A DNA stretch of 61,713 bases, filler included. It is 4 parts of 4 records of this genome, joined end to end, with 100 filler letters (N's around TTAATTAATTAA, not from the genome) between each part and the next. Parts side by side here need not be neighbours in the genome. Positions count along the whole stretch, not along the records: positions 1 to 24,950 come from SRR20825010_789; 3 more parts are not named here. One strand, written 5' to 3'. The first letter of the stretch is position 1. Every line of letters begins with the position of its first letter. Under the pieces are notes generated by a model that saw only the letters and a list, made by a program, of their open reading frames with translations, did not search any database and had not been told where the DNA came from. The translations under genes and the position numbers were made by a program. This document shows, one piece after another, positions 9,484 to 18,502 of this stretch.

Positions 9484-10557
9484 TTAAAAAGTAACTTTTG
9501 CTCCGTTGTACAGCTTGCCTTCGTGGCTTAGAATAAAGCGCTCGTTTACTCCAAGTCCAGAAATTACCTCTACCTTATCATTGTAGGTTCTTCCTAATCT
9601 TAACCACCTTAGAATGGCGATTTTGTCATCCGTCACTACATAAACCCCAGTCAATTGCCCTTTCTTGATCAAAGCGCTAGTCGGCACCATAATTTGAGAG
9701 GTTTCAGTTTCCATTGCATCGGTTTCGAATTTCACATTCACGAACATGCCTGAACGCAATGCTGGGTCAGCTGCTTTCATGGCAATTTTCACCAAGTATT
9801 GACCACCCGTATTTTGTGCCGAAGGACTTAACTCAATGATATTGCCTTCAAATTCTTTCTCAATAGACTTCACATAAACCATTGCTTTTGTGTCTTCGGT
9901 AATGTTTGAAATGTCAGATTCTGAAATCGAAGCTACCACCTGATAGTTCTTGGCATCTTCCAAAGCTATAAGCGGCATACCCGGATTGGCCATCATGCCT
10001 TCTTTGATAAATGAATTGACCACCACACCAGAGAAAGGCGCTTTGATATCGGAGTAAGCAAATTGTGCCTCCACTCCTTTTTTCATTTGTTCAGCAGCTT
10101 CCACATTGGCCTTCGCCACTTCAAATCGAGTGGTCATGTCGTCCAATTCCTTCTGAGAAGCACTTCCTTTTTCAAACAATGACTTAAAGCGTTGAAAGTC
10201 TGTTTCAGCATTTTTTAAACCACTTTTAGCCTGAATAATAGAAGCTTCTACTTGGGCTTTTTGGGCGGTTAAATCAGCATTACTAATGTTAATGAGCGTT
10301 TGTCCTTTGCTTACTTTATCACCCACTTTTACATGAACCTTAGTCACATTCCCCATCATTCGGGTACTTAAATTTGCATTTTGACCAGCTTCGATTTTTC
10401 CGCTGGCGGCTATATAACCTCCCGCTTCAGAAGCGTTTACTTGCGCTACTTTTACAGGCACTGAAGGAAGTTCAGTGATTTCTTTTTGTTCCGTTGTGCC
10501 ACAACCTACCGTTAGGAATGCCGCAAATGTTAGAAGTATATATTGGTATGTTTTCAT
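9484..10557 (-). CDS. RND periplasmic adaptor (MFP) lipoprotein
   Basis: Lipobox LTVGC; V.VGD.V.KGQ.L and IKAPFSGVV lipoyl motifs; GMFV. Confidence 0.93.
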   Translation of the reverse strand: MKTYQYILLTFAAFLTVGCGTTEQKEITELPSVPVKVAQVNASEAGGYIAASGKIEAGQNANLSTRMMGNVTKVHVKVGDKVSKGQTLINISNADLTAQKAQVEASIIQAKSGLKNAETDFQRFKSLFEKGSASQKELDDMTTRFEVAKANVEAAEQMKKGVEAQFAYSDIKAPFSGVVVNSFIKEGMMANPGMPLIALEDAKNYQVVASISESDISNITEDTKAMVYVKSIEKEFEGNIIELSPSAQNTGGQYLVKIAMKAADPALRSGMFVNVKFETDAMETETSQIMVPTSALIKKGQLTGVYVVTDDKIAILRWLRLGRTYNDKVEVISGLGVNERFILSHEGKLYNGAKVTF

Positions 10558-10560
10558 CGT

Positions 10561-11874
10561 TTATCTAGTTAAAAACCTTAAGTATTCTTTCGTTAAGTTG
10601 TATTCAAAAAGGGCTTGTACGTGTTCCAGTTCCTTCTGAAACATTTGAGTTTCGGCCATCAACAGGTCGGCAGTTTTTTCTAAACCTTCCATAAATCGGT
10701 CTTTTCTGATTCGATAGGCTTCGGCTTTCTGCTCAAAAGCTTTTTGTGATAGCTCTACTTTGTTTTCCGCGTCAGCCAATTGACGGTTCGTTTTGTTCAG
10801 TTCGAACTGGGCTTGCTGTGTGTAATTTTCTTTTTCGATTGTGGCCTTTTCTACCATGGCTTGAGCTTTCTGAACTTTGCCCACATTCTTATTTCCATCG
10901 AAAATGTTCCATGAAATCTGTAGCCCTACCAAATAACCATCGGCACCAAAGCCAAAAGCGTTATTGTCGTACACTTGGTAATTCCCAAAAGCGTTGACCC
11001 TTGGCAAGGCACTCATTTTGTTAGACTTGAGCATTTTCTCATGCCCTAAAAGCGCCTTGTTCATGGCTATCAAATCCTTTCTGTCTTGCGATAAAAGGTT
11101 GGAAAAGTCTTCGGTTTGTAGACGGTTAGAAATAGTAGATTGCGGTTTGTATACTGTTCCGTCAATATCAGTTCCTAGCAGAGTTGCCAGTCCATCGGAA
11201 GCATTTCTAATGTTGCTTTTGGCGTATCGCAATTGGTTTTCAACTTCAATTTGTCTAACGGCCACATCCAAGACATCTGCCCTCTTTGCCATGCCCTGAT
11301 CGAAGTAGTCGTTCATCAGCTTCAGCCCTTGATCAGCAGTAAACTTTGCGCGTTCTAAAACCGACACCGCCTCATAAGCCAACTGCAATTGCATATAAGC
11401 TTTGATGGCTTCCATTTCCATGTGTTCTTGAATACGAGCAGCCTGTAATTCATAGGCTTCTACCTGAATTTGTGCGGCTTCGCGCTGATAAACACCATCC
11501 AAGTTGAGGAGCGGCTGCAGTACCTGCACCTCTACCGAATAATTCTCAATCCTGTCTGGATCATTCAAACGATTTGGATCAAAATCCGCAGCGGTAAGTC
11601 TTTCTTGGTTCAATTTAGAACCGAAAGCCATGAGCGGGTTGTTGGTCATCATGGAGGTTTGTGTAGCAGAAACTGAAGGGAGAAACAGTGCTTTCGACTG
11701 ATTCAAGTCCCCTTTTGCCATGGCCGTTTGTTGCTCGGCAATTTTTGATTGAAGATTATTCTGAAGTACACGCTGTACCAGATCATCTTTTGATATGAGT
11801 AGCGTATCTTGACTTTTGGCCTTGAAAGCCAGCAGTTGACCCGCTATGAGAAGTATTAAAACCTTTTTATTCAT
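10561..11874 (-). CDS. TolC family outer-membrane efflux protein
   Basis: Signal peptide, two OEP repeats (LPS.., LPRV.., WNIFDG); first gene of the RND operon. Confidence 0.92.
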   Translation of the reverse strand: MNKKVLILLIAGQLLAFKAKSQDTLLISKDDLVQRVLQNNLQSKIAEQQTAMAKGDLNQSKALFLPSVSATQTSMMTNNPLMAFGSKLNQERLTAADFDPNRLNDPDRIENYSVEVQVLQPLLNLDGVYQREAAQIQVEAYELQAARIQEHMEMEAIKAYMQLQLAYEAVSVLERAKFTADQGLKLMNDYFDQGMAKRADVLDVAVRQIEVENQLRYAKSNIRNASDGLATLLGTDIDGTVYKPQSTISNRLQTEDFSNLLSQDRKDLIAMNKALLGHEKMLKSNKMSALPRVNAFGNYQVYDNNAFGFGADGYLVGLQISWNIFDGNKNVGKVQKAQAMVEKATIEKENYTQQAQFELNKTNRQLADAENKVELSQKAFEQKAEAYRIRKDRFMEGLEKTADLLMAETQMFQKELEHVQALFEYNLTKEYLRFLTR

Positions 11875-11896
11875 TATGCTTTGTCCTTATTTGGAT

Positions 11897-11940
11897 CAAA
11901 GGTAGGCGGACGCTCGATGGCAGTTGGTAACGATTGTTAC
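11897..11940 (-). promoter_or_regulatory. Promoter: palindrome GTAAC-N4-GTTAC 22 nt upstream of -7 element TACCTTTG
   Basis: Box at 11927-11940 and TAnnTTTG at 11897-11904 on the minus strand, upstream of tolC. Confidence 0.75.
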
Positions 11941-12016
11941 ACACTCCTTCGATTATGGCTTAGCATTGAAGGTTATTGAGAAGTTCCATAACTTGAAGTT
12001 TTCAAAACCAGATCGC

Positions 12017-12484
12017 ATGAGAGAAGAAAAGCATATTGAGCCAGGAAGTTTGCCACTTTACAGAAAGGGAAAGGAGATTTATGAGTTGGTGATGAAAATT
12101 GCTGACTTGATTCCTGATGAGGATCCAAGACTTCAAAACACCAAGCAATTTATGATTCAAGATGCAATGATGTTGAGTGTGAAAGTTGCAGGCGCATCTT
12201 CTGGGGTTGGATTGTATGACCTTAAGATGGAAGCCGCAGCGATTATCCGTAAATCGGCCAGAGATTTAATGGTTCAGAATCATGCTTTGGAAATGTTCGA
12301 CTTTAAAGAGGTTCACTATTTTGATATGGTAAGGGATTTGATCGAAGAATACCGTCTGCTGTTCATCGATTGGGTAGCCGCATTTGATCCTTGGGATTAT
12401 GTCATCGACAGATGGGGTTTATTCAACCCGCCAGGCGTTGACCCACACGACCATGATCCTGATGATGATATTCCTAGGGAATGA
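12017..12484 (+). CDS. Hypothetical four-helix-bundle-like protein
   Basis: Helical LPLYRKGKEIYELV..., acidic DWG/DDD-rich tail; ATG 12017 preferred because the TTG start overlaps the tolC promoter. Confidence 0.6.
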   Translation: MREEKHIEPGSLPLYRKGKEIYELVMKIADLIPDEDPRLQNTKQFMIQDAMMLSVKVAGASSGVGLYDLKMEAAAIIRKSARDLMVQNHALEMFDFKEVHYFDMVRDLIEEYRLLFIDWVAAFDPWDYVIDRWGLFNPPGVDPHDHDPDDDIPRE

Positions 12485-12494
12485 AACCTTAACG

Positions 12495-12742
12495 ACAGGT
12501 CGCCCCTACGGGGCTTTACCAAATAACAAATTGATTTTTTCTACTACTACAAACTGTTCGCCCCGATGGGGCTTCGGAGCAATTCAGGGGAAAAATAGAT
12601 AGTGAAACACTTTATTTACTTTAAACCGTCCAAAGATCGTAGATCAAAAATTCTCAATATCAGCTCCAAAAATCCCGTAGGGATGGCCTGTTGGTAGCAA
12701 TAAATATTGATTGCGGATTAAGCACCATCGGTGCGACCTGTT
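12495..12742. repeat. Cluster of four REP-like palindromes (two + copies, two - copies)
   Basis: 12495-12515 ACAGGTCGCCCCTACGGGGCT; 12547-12573 CTACAAACTGTTCGCCCCGATGGGGCT; reverse complements of 12672-12697 CTACCAACAGGCCATCCCTACGGGAT and 12721-12742 AACAGGTCGCACCGATGGTGCT. Confidence 0.8.
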
Positions 12743-12827
12743 GATTTATACATAGCATAGGTTTAAGACCATTTTGGCGTTCTTCAACAACAAGTTTCCC
12801 GTTTTTGTAAGTATACAATATGAACCT

Positions 12828-13937
12828 CTACTTCCCCGCCACAAACATTTCCATTAGTTCGAACTGTAAACCGTTGTAATTGAGCGGATCCATATTGCCA
12901 GTAATGGCCAATACGGTTTGGGTTTCCTTGTGAATCATGAAGAATGTAATTCCTCCTACTGAGCCACCGCTATGTCCGTAAAATGTATTACCGCTTTTAC
13001 GCGAATAAGTAGACCAGCCGATTCCATAATTGGTTGACTTTCCGTTGGCAGTTTTCTGGGAAGTCATAAACTCATCAAGCACTTCTTGTTTCAAGAATCC
13101 AGCTTGCATATGCGCCTGACCGAAAACACAAAGGTCTTCCGTAGTGCCTACAAAGCCACCACCAGCCCATTTGTAGCTATTGTCTACATACGGGGCAGAA
13201 ACCACTTTCCCATCTTTGAATTGGTAGAATTTTGTAAGATCCGCTGTCTGACGGTCTGCATATTCGGCCACTGTATTTTCCATTTTCAATTCATCAAATA
13301 CCTGCTGTTGCATAAACTGTAGAAAGTCGGAAGTCTGAAAAGAGGACTCACCAGCAATGGCGGTTTCCATGGCAGCTGAAATCAAATTCCAACCATAACT
13401 TGAATAAGAGTAAGTTGTGCTTGGCTTGTTGATCAATGGATCATTCATGAAAATGGCCAAACCATCGGTAACGGAAGGGTAGTTTTTTGAACTTAAAAAT
13501 TCATTGCCTTTGTAATGACGAATGCCAGCTATATGCCCTCCTAGTTGTCTTAATGTGATTTTATATTTCTTCTCTGGCCAAACAGGAACGTATTTCTGAA
13601 TTGGCGCATCCAAATCAATCTTCCCATCTTGGTACAGCAAGGCCAAACCAGCAGCGGTCAGGGTTTTAGAAACACTCCCTATTCGGAACTTGGTTTTAGA
13701 CGGGTCGACAGGAGTTTTCTTCTCTAGATCGGAATAGCCATAGCCCTTTGAAAACACCAATTCCCCTTTCTGAGAAATGGAGATGCTTAAGCCCGGAACT
13801 TTAGTGGCTTCAACAAAAGCTTTGAGTTTTGCATCGGCTTGTTCTTGTAGGCTTTGAGCAGAAACACCTACCCAAATAAAGAGTGCTAAGAGCACCCAAG
13901 ATGATTTGCGCAATATTGAAGTTTGAAGTCGTTTCAT
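12828..13937 (-). CDS. Serine hydrolase (class C beta-lactamase/D-peptidase family), exported
   Basis: FRIGSVSK (SxxK), YSSYG, GHSGG; signal peptide. Confidence 0.9.
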   Translation of the reverse strand: MKRLQTSILRKSSWVLLALFIWVGVSAQSLQEQADAKLKAFVEATKVPGLSISISQKGELVFSKGYGYSDLEKKTPVDPSKTKFRIGSVSKTLTAAGLALLYQDGKIDLDAPIQKYVPVWPEKKYKITLRQLGGHIAGIRHYKGNEFLSSKNYPSVTDGLAIFMNDPLINKPSTTYSYSSYGWNLISAAMETAIAGESSFQTSDFLQFMQQQVFDELKMENTVAEYADRQTADLTKFYQFKDGKVVSAPYVDNSYKWAGGGFVGTTEDLCVFGQAHMQAGFLKQEVLDEFMTSQKTANGKSTNYGIGWSTYSRKSGNTFYGHSGGSVGGITFFMIHKETQTVLAITGNMDPLNYNGLQFELMEMFVAGK

Positions 13938-13940
13938 CGT

Positions 13941-15515
13941 TTATTGATTTTTTCTGATTACTCGGCCTGCCCTTTCGCTGGTCAGTTCGCCTTGGTCAAT
14001 GGTAAGTTTTCCATTGACAATTACGTAGTCAATTCCTTCAGGATAATGATGCGGGTCCTCGAAAGTACCTTTATCAATTACTGTTTTTGGATTGAAAATG
14101 GTAATATCAGCTTTCATTCCTTCCTTAATATAACCACGGTCTGTTAGACCTAATCTATCGGCAGGCATTGAAGTCATTTTTCGCAAAGCCGTTTGCAAAT
14201 CAATTACCCCTTCTTCTCTAACATAATGCCCCAATACACGCGGGAATGTTCCATAACCTCTTGGGTGCGGATGTCCAACTCCTGGTTCTAACAATGAACC
14301 ATCAGAAGCCACCATCACCATCGGATGCTGCATAATGCGTTTTACGTCTTCTTCATTAATGGCATGGAAAACACAAGATGCTCCACCGTTCAATTGTGCT
14401 TCAATCACCAATTCAGCACCATTTCTAAAGTTCGGTTCCATTCCCCTTTCTATTGCCCAATCCTTTAAAGTCTTTCCGTTTAATTCAGGTTTGTATTTAA
14501 AAGAAGCAAACTGCACCACATCTAATTGAGCTCCTCCTCTATCGAACTCTATGTTAAACATAATTTCCTCGATAATTTTCTCTCGTTGCTGTTTGTCTTC
14601 CAGTCTTTTCCTAAGTTCAGAAGTCCCTCCTGCCATTGCCCAAGTAGGAATAAGCACCGAAATACCTGTTGAACTAGCAGTGTACGGATACTGATCAGCC
14701 ATAATATCCAGTCCAAGATTTCTAGCAGAATCAATCATGGCTAAAGTCTTTATACTGGCGCCCCACATCGGGCGGCCAATAGCTTTATGGTGAGTAAGAA
14801 TCACGGGAATATCAGCTTCTCTGCTAATCATAATTGCTTCTCGCACGGCATCGATCAAACCCAAACCTTCTTCCCTCAAATGTGAAGTATAAATACCGCC
14901 AGCTTCACCCGCCACTTTAGAAAGCGCGATTACTTCGTCTACTTTAGAAAAAGAACCTGGAACATATTTAAGTCCGGTTGAAATACCAAAAGCCCCATTG
15001 TCCATAGCTTCTTGTACTTTACCTTTCATTTCTTCTAGTTCTTCAGCGGTAGGCTCACGGTTTTCAGTTTGCATTACTGCCCTTCTGATAGAATTATGCC
15101 CCACCAAATAGGCTGCATTCACTCCCAATTCATACCTCTCTAAACTGTCCAGATAATCTTTCATGGGAGAAGGGCCTCTTCCATCTGGGCCACCCAAAAC
15201 TGTAGTAACTCCTTGCTTGATGGCGCTTTCAGCCGTGGGCAAACGCATTATGGATTCGACATGGGCATGCATATCAATAAAACCTGGGGAAACGGCCAGT
15301 TCTGTTGCGTCAATTCGTTTGGTGGCCTTGGCTTTGCTTAAATCACCAATCTTCACGATTTGATCACCACTAATTCCAACATCGGCTTTCTGCGCTTGGT
15401 TGATAGAGCCGTCATAGACAGTTCCGTTTTCAATAATGATATCGTAAGATTCAGGTGAGGTGCAAGAAGCGATGAAGCAAAGTACGAGGGCAGTAAAAAG
15501 TAGTTTTTTGATCAT
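13941..15515 (-). CDS. N-acyl-D-amino-acid deacylase (D-aminoacylase) family lipoprotein
   Basis: PGFIDMHAH, SHLREE, HHKA, DQYPY, SDG, HPRGYGTFPR; lipobox IASC. Confidence 0.92.
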   Translation of the reverse strand: MIKKLLFTALVLCFIASCTSPESYDIIIENGTVYDGSINQAQKADVGISGDQIVKIGDLSKAKATKRIDATELAVSPGFIDMHAHVESIMRLPTAESAIKQGVTTVLGGPDGRGPSPMKDYLDSLERYELGVNAAYLVGHNSIRRAVMQTENREPTAEELEEMKGKVQEAMDNGAFGISTGLKYVPGSFSKVDEVIALSKVAGEAGGIYTSHLREEGLGLIDAVREAIMISREADIPVILTHHKAIGRPMWGASIKTLAMIDSARNLGLDIMADQYPYTASSTGISVLIPTWAMAGGTSELRKRLEDKQQREKIIEEIMFNIEFDRGGAQLDVVQFASFKYKPELNGKTLKDWAIERGMEPNFRNGAELVIEAQLNGGASCVFHAINEEDVKRIMQHPMVMVASDGSLLEPGVGHPHPRGYGTFPRVLGHYVREEGVIDLQTALRKMTSMPADRLGLTDRGYIKEGMKADITIFNPKTVIDKGTFEDPHHYPEGIDYVIVNGKLTIDQGELTSERAGRVIRKNQ

Positions 15516-15710
15516 AGACTTAAAGTTGAAAAAGGAAGATAGTCAACTTATTTGATATATGTTCAGTGACTACATGTTATGCAGTAACCGATCTTCTAGA
15601 CTAACAGGCCAATAACTACGCTGAAACCTAGCCCCTTCATAATCATTAAACCTTAGCTTACATATCTCAACCAAAACCCCTATCTTCATTATACATCAAA
15701 ACCCAGAACT

Positions 15711-16082
15711 ATGAAACTCGGTGCATTTTCAATTAGCCTTAGTGTAAAAGACCTAAAGGTTTCCAAAGAGTTTTATGAAGCCCTTGGCTTTGCAGTATTT
15801 GCTGGAGATATGGAGAAAAATTACCTAATCATGAAAAATGGCAATGCCTTGATTGGGCTTTTTCAAGGTATGTTCCCCAACAATATTCTTACTTTTAATC
15901 CAGGCTGGGATGAGAATGCGCAAAAAATTGAAGCCTTCGATGATGTGCGCGAAATACAAAAAGAGTTAAAAAACAAAGGCATTGCGCTACAAAGCGCAGC
16001 AGATGAAAGTACCTCTGGCCCTGCCAGCATGGTGGTTATTGACCCTGATAGCAATGCTGTACTCATTGATCAGCATGTTTAG
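15711..16082 (+). CDS. VOC/glyoxalase family protein
   Basis: SLSVKDL..SKEFYE.LGF ... DPDSN.VLIDQ. Confidence 0.88.
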   Translation: MKLGAFSISLSVKDLKVSKEFYEALGFAVFAGDMEKNYLIMKNGNALIGLFQGMFPNNILTFNPGWDENAQKIEAFDDVREIQKELKNKGIALQSAADESTSGPASMVVIDPDSNAVLIDQHV

Positions 16083-16361
16083 GGGTAAAGCTCAAGTTGT
16101 TGTGCCTTTTCACCTTTTCAATCACTTATACATCCAGCCACTCCAGCGGTGTGATTTAAGCTTAGAATAATAAAAATAAAAAAGAGATTGGTTAAAAAAT
16201 TTATTAACTTACTTTTGTGCTGTACGAAAGATACACTTGCTTTCGTTACGAAGATACCAAGGGCTTCAGGTTTATAACGTTAGCCCAAACTACCAAAAAC
16301 ACTTTGTGCTGTACTTCTAATCGAGATTTATCTCCATTCCAAAAACTGGATAGTTATTAAG

Positions 16362-16763
16362 ATGCAGAACAACAACGTATTTATCACGGTTGATGACGAC
16401 CCAATCAACCAATTCCTCTCAAAGGTTATTATCACTAAGAATGTGAATAATGCTGAAGTGATTACATTCGGCAATGTACAGGATGCTATAAGCTATATTA
16501 CTAACGAAGGTAATGGATTTCGAAAAATCGTTCTCCTCCTCGATATTAATATGCCTCAATTTGATGGCTGGGATTTTTTAGATCAATTCGATTGCTTCGA
16601 TATTGAACTCAAGAAGAAGTTCGACATTTATTTATTATCCTCCTCTACCGATAAGGCCGACTTTAACAAAGCTAAATTCTACCCATTTGTAATTGATTTT
16701 ATTGCAAAACCCCTTACCAGCAATTCCCTTGACATCGTTTTCAAACGATTAAAAGCTGCATGA
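16362..16763 (+). CDS. Stand-alone response regulator receiver
   Basis: VDDD, LLDINMP.FDGWDFL, SSS, KPL. Confidence 0.9.
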   Translation: MQNNNVFITVDDDPINQFLSKVIITKNVNNAEVITFGNVQDAISYITNEGNGFRKIVLLLDINMPQFDGWDFLDQFDCFDIELKKKFDIYLLSSSTDKADFNKAKFYPFVIDFIAKPLTSNSLDIVFKRLKAA

Positions 16764-16868
16764 ACAAAAACTGCTATTCTTAAAGGGAAGCACACCACTC
16801 ATTCAATACTAGAAATAAGAAATATAGGTAGATAAAAACGTGTGTGTTTGTGTGTCATTCTACCTAAG

Positions 16869-16900
16869 GCCTCGTCTGTAATAAGACGAGGCTATTTTTT
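16869..16900 (+). terminator. Intrinsic terminator
   Basis: GCCTCGTCT / AGACGAGGC stem followed by TATTTTTT. Confidence 0.8.
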
Positions 16901-16949
16901 AATAGAAATCTGAAAATTCACTTTTAGCCTTACCCTCCCTTAAATCAAA

Positions 16950-17016
16950 TTCACCGAAGCTTAAGTGCCATTCACCTAAAGTGAATTTTTGAGTCCTTTA
17001 TATGCCCTAAGTTTGA
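16950..17016 (+). promoter_or_regulatory. Promoter with TTCACC direct repeats (21-bp period; LytTR-type) and -7 TAAGTTTG
   Basis: TTCACC at 16950 and 16971; TAAGTTTG at 17008-17015; paralogous promoter at 24873-24940. Confidence 0.65.
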
Positions 17017-17037
17017 GAACATTATCAATCCAAAGCT

Positions 17038-18363
17038 ATGAACAGGATACTCATTATACTCACATTTTTATTCATCTCATTCACCACCAAAGCGCAGTTT
17101 GAAAGCGACAAAGCTTGGTTAGTGATTACTGCAGACAATAATCAGTATGGCTCTTTTTTTAAGAGGTCATTTGATGATGCCTTAAGAATCAAGAAACCAT
17201 CCTTCAGTATAGGAATTGAGCATTACCTTTCAAAAAGCTTTAATTTTTCAGGAAAAATAGCGGTAGGTAAAATTACAGACCATAATAATGGCCTTCTGGA
17301 TTTGAGTAATATGAACAACATACGTGTGAATATTGCTACTTTAGAAGCTACTGCAATCTTCAAACTCAACAACGGTTTCATATTACCTACAAAATCCAAA
17401 CTCACTCCTTTTATTGAAGCGGGCTTTGGGATTGCCAATTTTAATGAAGCGGCTGTTGAGAATGAATCTGGTGCTGGAGTTATGTTTCCATTGGCTGTGG
17501 GACTGAAATACCGTTTTACAAAAAACATGCAGTTCATGGTAAAGGTTGCTAATATTGAAAGCAATAAGGTAAGCCATAGAAGGTTCTCCGCAGGTTTCAC
17601 TTTCTCTCTAAAAAACAATACCGACACTGATAAGGATGGCATCATAGACAAAGAAGACGCATGTCCCTCCGTTTATGGCCCAACGGAAAACCAAGGCTGC
17701 CCATATGAAGATACGGATAATGATGGTGTTGAAGATCGCTTTGACGCATGCCCATTAATTGCTGGTACAATCAACGGATGTCCAGACATGGATGGAGACA
17801 AAGTTCCAGACAAGGATGATAATTGCCCTATGATAGCTGGTGAAATTGAAATGAAAGGCTGCCCAGATACCGATGGTGACGGTGTGAAAGATTCAGAAGA
17901 TGCTTGTCCTAACATTGCCGGTACTATAAATGGTTGCCCCGACACTGATAATGACGGACTGATTGATAAACTGGACAAGTGCCCTAACAATGCTGGATCG
18001 TTGGAAGAAAGTGGTTGCCCAGAAATAAAACTACCGCTCTACCAGGTATACTTCGACTTTAACAAAGCAGAAATAAATATGCCAACCCAAGCCAAGCTAG
18101 ATGAGCTGGCCGAACTAATGGCCGAATTAAAAATATTCAAAGTGGCTATTCATGGTCATACAGACAACATAGGGCAACAAGATGAGAACTACGCATTATC
18201 ACGAAAAAGAGCAGAAGCAGTACGTGACTACCTTCTTTTTAAAGGTGTAGATGTCAGCCGAGCCATAGTGATTGGATATGGAGAAGAGAAAGCCTTGGCC
18301 AGTAATGTTACTAAGGATGGAAGGGCCCTAAACAGAAGGGTTGAGATAAAAATCAAGAAATAA
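17038..18363 (+). CDS. OmpA family protein: beta-barrel, five thrombospondin type-3 Ca-binding repeats, peptidoglycan-binding domain
   Basis: DxDxDGxxDxxDxCP x5; YFDFNK, GHTD..G..N..LS..RA..V, NRRVE. Confidence 0.92.
   Translation: MNRILIILTFLFISFTTKAQFESDKAWLVITADNNQYGSFFKRSFDDALRIKKPSFSIGIEHYLSKSFNFSGKIAVGKITDHNNGLLDLSNMNNIRVNIATLEATAIFKLNNGFILPTKSKLTPFIEAGFGIANFNEAAVENESGAGVMFPLAVGLKYRFTKNMQFMVKVANIESNKVSHRRFSAGFTFSLKNNTDTDKDGIIDKEDACPSVYGPTENQGCPYEDTDNDGVEDRFDACPLIAGTINGCPDMDGDKVPDKDDNCPMIAGEIEMKGCPDTDGDGVKDSEDACPNIAGTINGCPDTDNDGLIDKLDKCPNNAGSLEESGCPEIKLPLYQVYFDFNKAEINMPTQAKLDELAELMAELKIFKVAIHGHTDNIGQQDENYALSRKRAEAVRDYLLFKGVDVSRAIVIGYGEEKALASNVTKDGRALNRRVEIKIKK
17623..18021 (+). repeat. 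Intragenic TSP3 (DxDxDGxxDxxDxCP) repeat region
   Basis: Five units visible in the translation. Confidence 0.85.
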
Positions 18364-18381
18364 GTGGGCAACCACTTATTT
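18359..18381 (+). terminator. Short terminator-like hairpin at the end of ompA
   Basis: AATAAGTGG-GCAA-CCACTTATT. Confidence 0.5.
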
Positions 18382-18384
18382 CCA

Positions 18385-18473
18385 TTCGTCTATAGTTAAA
18401 CGCATTTCACCGAAGGAAGCACGCCCGTTCAACGGCAACCGAGATAATAATAAGCGATTATTGAGGATATTCG
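18385..18473 (+). promoter_or_regulatory. Three LytTR-type direct repeats upstream of the signalling operon
   Basis: TTCGTC 18385, TTCACC 18406, TTCAAC 18428 (21/22-bp period); weak -7-like GATATTCG 18466-18473. Confidence 0.55.
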
Positions 18474-18502
18474 TAGACAGAAGCATCAAACCATTTGACA
18501 GG

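Noticed and set aside
12017-12484. DGR Avd-like accessory protein
   Set aside because: Only a vague four-helix resemblance; no reverse transcriptase or TR/VR pair in the contig.
12384-12602. 72-aa ORF
   Set aside because: Overlaps a real gene and runs through REP palindromes.
12495-12742. CRISPR array
   Set aside because: Repeats are degenerate, in opposite orientations and irregularly spaced; no cas genes.
12828-13937. Beta-lactam resistance gene
   Set aside because: YSS rather than YxN, HSG triad, and D-aminoacylase context favour a peptidase/esterase.
17623-18021. Novel Cys/Asp repeat system
   Set aside because: Ordinary TSP3 repeats of Bacteroidota OmpA; the antisense ORF 17673-17990 is their shadow.
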